Notes under the pieces: generated by a model
Seen by the model: the letters and a program-made list of their open reading frames with translations, nothing else
The model's database searches: none
What the model was told of the DNA's origin: nothing
In this document: positions 35,742 through 38,946 of the stretch, in pieces
Layout of the letters: each line of letters starts with the position of its first letter
Position numbering within the stretch: the first letter of the stretch is position 1
Assembly: GCA_000934665.2 (NCBI GenBank)
Contig: KZ538218.1
Location: 62,001-100,946 of the forward strand
Length of the DNA stretch: 38,946 bases
Direction: 5' to 3'
Source: Catajapyx aquilonaris
Taxonomy: Eukaryota
Program-made: the position numbers and the translations under genes

Positions 35742-36564
35742 GCTGATAACGCCGGGCTGCTCCTGATGATGAGGTAGAAGTAGCGATGTGATAAACTCAC
35801 GTTACTACTTCCGCCATCTGGTGTTGATGTTGCAAAGTCACCCCTAATGTGAATACCAACCGCTAGATGGTGTGGGAAGGCGGGAAATGACCCCTACCGA
35901 TAGATGGGGGAGCAGGCGAACTCGCACAGGCGCGAACACACACAACAATCCGGTCACAGACAACACTCATAGTGAATCTAATATAAAGCGTGTAATTAGC
36001 GTATTTCATGCGGCAATGTACTGTAGTTGTAAGCCGGGCGGGCGGTGCAAGGGCATGGTAGGGTCAAGAGGTCAACAATTTTTCAGCCTAAAATCTGAAA
36101 GCGCTGCTAAGCGCACGTGATCTCTTCATGCCTCTGTAGAAGAGAGTCTAGCGCACATGCTAGGTCCGGTAATGAGGGATTATTAGGGATGGGTTATAGC
36201 TCTCATTATCTCCCGAGAAAAGATTTTTTTGACACGTACACTCTCTGACGTCCCAGTAAGTGACTGACGTATATCAGTCTATCACGAACCATCAAATCAC
36301 ATAGTACTGTACACAAACCTAGGTACATTATAATAGTTAAATAACTCCAGGACAAGCATGTTTGAAAGAGCCAGAGACGCCCAAAAATTGTTGAGAAAAA
36401 CTTGAAAAGTACGCATTTGAATTTCCCTCTATTTTGACGAGCTGCACCTGCGCATTTTCCGGTTCTAAAATTTAACATACAGTACACCGGTTTCAAATGC
36501 TTTGGACTATTCTATTTCTAATTAGGAAGATGAATATAACTAATTCTGTAATTTCGACTTATGT

Positions 36565-36919
36565 GGGGAGGTGTGGTGGCCGAGATGGTATAACGTCACG
36601 GCTTGCTGAGTGAAAGGCCCCAGGTTCGATCCCCGCCTGGGGAACTTTCCTTTCACCTGCGTCAGGAGGGTCTCTGACCTGCACCAAGGAGGTGTCTGGC
36701 AACCTAACCTCCTGGGGGACAGCACATGACCCCTTTACCGACATTGCACTTGCACCTATGTTCCCTCCCCAAAAATCCCTACCCCTACCCTATACATCCT
36801 AGACTCCTTGCACCGGTGTATGAAGTTAAACGGAGAGAAAATTGTGGTATCCCACCCCCCTAAAAAGGCTAAGCCTTATCACGGGGTAACGTAAAAAATA
36901 AAATATACATATAAAAAAA
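36565..36919 (+). mobile_element. Full-length tRNA-derived SINE
   Basis: A box TGGCCGAGATGG (36577-36588), B box GGTTCGATCCC (36623-36633), A-rich tail, and an exact 11-bp target-site duplication TCGACTTATGT (36554-36564 and 36920-36930). Confidence 0.92.
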
Positions 36920-38406
36920 TCGACTTATGTCCATGAAAACGGGGTCGGGGCACCACTGTGCGGCGCAATCACAGAGCTGTATGACCCTCCTTAGATTACA
37001 TATAGTGGATGCACCACATATTTAATGATGATTTTGTTGATTATGATTATTATCAATTTTTTTTAAAATGAGCGTACAGAACAATTATAACCGGTTAGGC
37101 AGTTTGGGCCTCTACTTGTGGAACCTTTTCAACCTACCCGTATGTGGCAATAGAGGGAAACTAAATGCATTTACGGATTGTGCTGTGTTCAGACTGCAGG
37201 CATTCGGCAGTGTGGGGCAATGCAACTACTATTAACGATAGGCTTGTGACGTCAGTACTATAAATACTATACCGTATACTATATACGAATGTGATCATTG
37301 ATTAGGGGGGTTGGAGTAACAAATAACAATAGATCTGGCTGGCCCTGAGAGAATTGTTGAAGAATTTTTGGGGAATTAAATCGAAGGTGCCGACATTTTC
37401 AGTTCGGCCTCTGGCTTTATAATAGTGCTATATTATGATCGTTTAATTGTAATTAAGACAAGAAAACTTAGGTACCTTGTCTATTTGTGGTGAAAAAAAT
37501 TAGTCGATTTCAGTGTCAGAGTCTGGTCATTACTTCCGTCGACGAATAATAACTAATCAGTGCTTCCCGATCTTTTTCGTTGACGACCCCAAAAAACCGT
37601 CTCGTAAAATTAGCGACACCCCAGATGTGCACATTTTGATCCCCTCAGCATGAAAAGACAGGTAAAAAGGGAAATGAAAATCATTTATAACTATTGTATC
37701 TGGAATGTTCTGTAACTTATCATATGGGCATAATTTCGGCAACAGATATGGAATTATTTTGTGAAAATAATTTGTTACCCTCCCTCGCGACCCCAAATAT
37801 GGCGTCGCGAACTTAATATTTGGGGTGCACCGAACTATTAAAAGTAGTTAATTCCCGTTAAATTTCTGGACTGACGCCGCCAAAAATTAGACCATGCAGC
37901 CTATCAATTCCCGCATTTATTTGCAATTTAGGCTACTAAATCGCTACTAATGCAGTACATTAATTCGCATCGTCTTTACTCTTTCCTCCCCTTCCATCTT
38001 CTCCTGTTCCTGACTTCTTTTTCCACCGCAATTAGACGGGATAACTGGGTTCTGGTTCTGGTTAATTGATGACATTTTTGCTGCCCAATAGAAAATTGAA
38101 ATTTCTCTGATTAAACCAGACACTTGTTACCGATTTATGAGAGAAAAAGTATGCCAGTTTCAGAAATGCATGTACACTGTGCTGTGCTGTACCGAAAATA
38201 AGAAAACATGCATTACAGTTGCACTATATGAAACCCGAGAGATTGGAATCCTATAATGTTGGACAATTTTCCTTGGAATCGTCAGTGTCCAACATGGACA
38301 GGTTTCACTGTATGTACAGGATTTAGATATTATTTTGTTTTAGAACCGGTCATTCTTTGTTAAACAAAGAAAAACAATGATATATATACGTATATATACA
38401 TACATA

Positions 38407-38946
38407 CAGGGTGTCTATTGTAACTCTGCAAAGACTTTCAGGGGTAATAGAGGGGACCAATACAAGTATTTTTGACATAGGAACCCGTGTCCGGAAACGC
38501 CATCTAGAGGGGGTTCATAGACAAGGAACGGGTGCGCTCAGACGCGTCAGGCGAGAGGCGCTAGGAGAGCGGACTGTTTTGTTGATATGTGGCGCGCAGT
38601 TGTTGCCAGGTTATGGCGTATCCCGTCATTGTAAGTAAACAACAACACGATACGCCATAACCTGGCAACAACTGAACCGCTGCTGACTATCCGCGCGTCT
38701 CCTAGGAGGTGAACTTTAGTTGCTAGATGGCTCTGCTGTTGCCAGGTTATGGGACATCGCATTGGTGTTTACTATCCGAGCACCACCTATCAACAAAGTA
38801 GTCTGCTCGCCTAGCGCCTCCCGCATGAAGTGTCTGAGCGCACCCGTTCCTCGTCTATGAACCCCCTCTAGATGGCGTTTCCGGACACGGGTTCCTATGT
38901 CAAAAATACTTGTCTTGGTCCCCTCTATTACCCCTGAAAGTCTTTG
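38407..38946. mobile_element. Tc1/mariner-type long-TIR MITE, copy 2 (opposite orientation to copy 1, cut by the window end)
   Basis: TA|CAGGGTGTCTATTG start and arms nearly identical to 32567-33132. The central segment is the reverse complement of that in copy 1. Confidence 0.92.

Noticed and set aside
35763..35800. CTGATGA resembling a hammerhead ribozyme core
   Set aside because: No stem II followed by GAAA and no cleavage triplet arrangement.
36565..36640. tRNA gene
   Set aside because: No convincing cloverleaf, and the body, tail and target-site duplication show it is a SINE head.

Overview
Eukaryotic genomic DNA, most likely from an arthropod and probably an insect; the species cannot be determined from the sequence. 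The main feature is a + strand zfh1/ZEB (zinc finger E-box-binding homeobox) gene. Eight coding exons between 17076 and 27342 join through phase-consistent GT-AG introns into roughly 1020-1035 codons. The protein has a ZEB-type DTAVIYPE motif, an N-terminal cluster of five zinc fingers, a homeodomain split by an intron just before WFQN, a PLDLS CtBP motif and three C-terminal fingers ending in YCKPYRE*. The true 5' end is uncertain: either ATG 17090 or an unseen upstream exon. About 8.3-22.2 kb is GC/CpG-rich, has no transposon I could recognise, and holds clusters of E-box, octamer and TAAT motifs; a Su(H) site pair lies near the window start. The flanks and one intron carry many non-autonomous elements (Tc1/mariner, pogo-like and hAT MITEs, several with exact target-site duplications, tRNA-derived SINEs and a Helentron-like fragment). 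I found no convincing new multi-gene system. The most unusual observations are a fold-back transposon built from two transposase 3' ends, nested hAT elements, MITEs carrying CTCF-like and Su(H) motifs, and a dense inverted-pair E-box cluster that could mediate autoregulation. All family assignments and motif calls were made by eye, without database searches.
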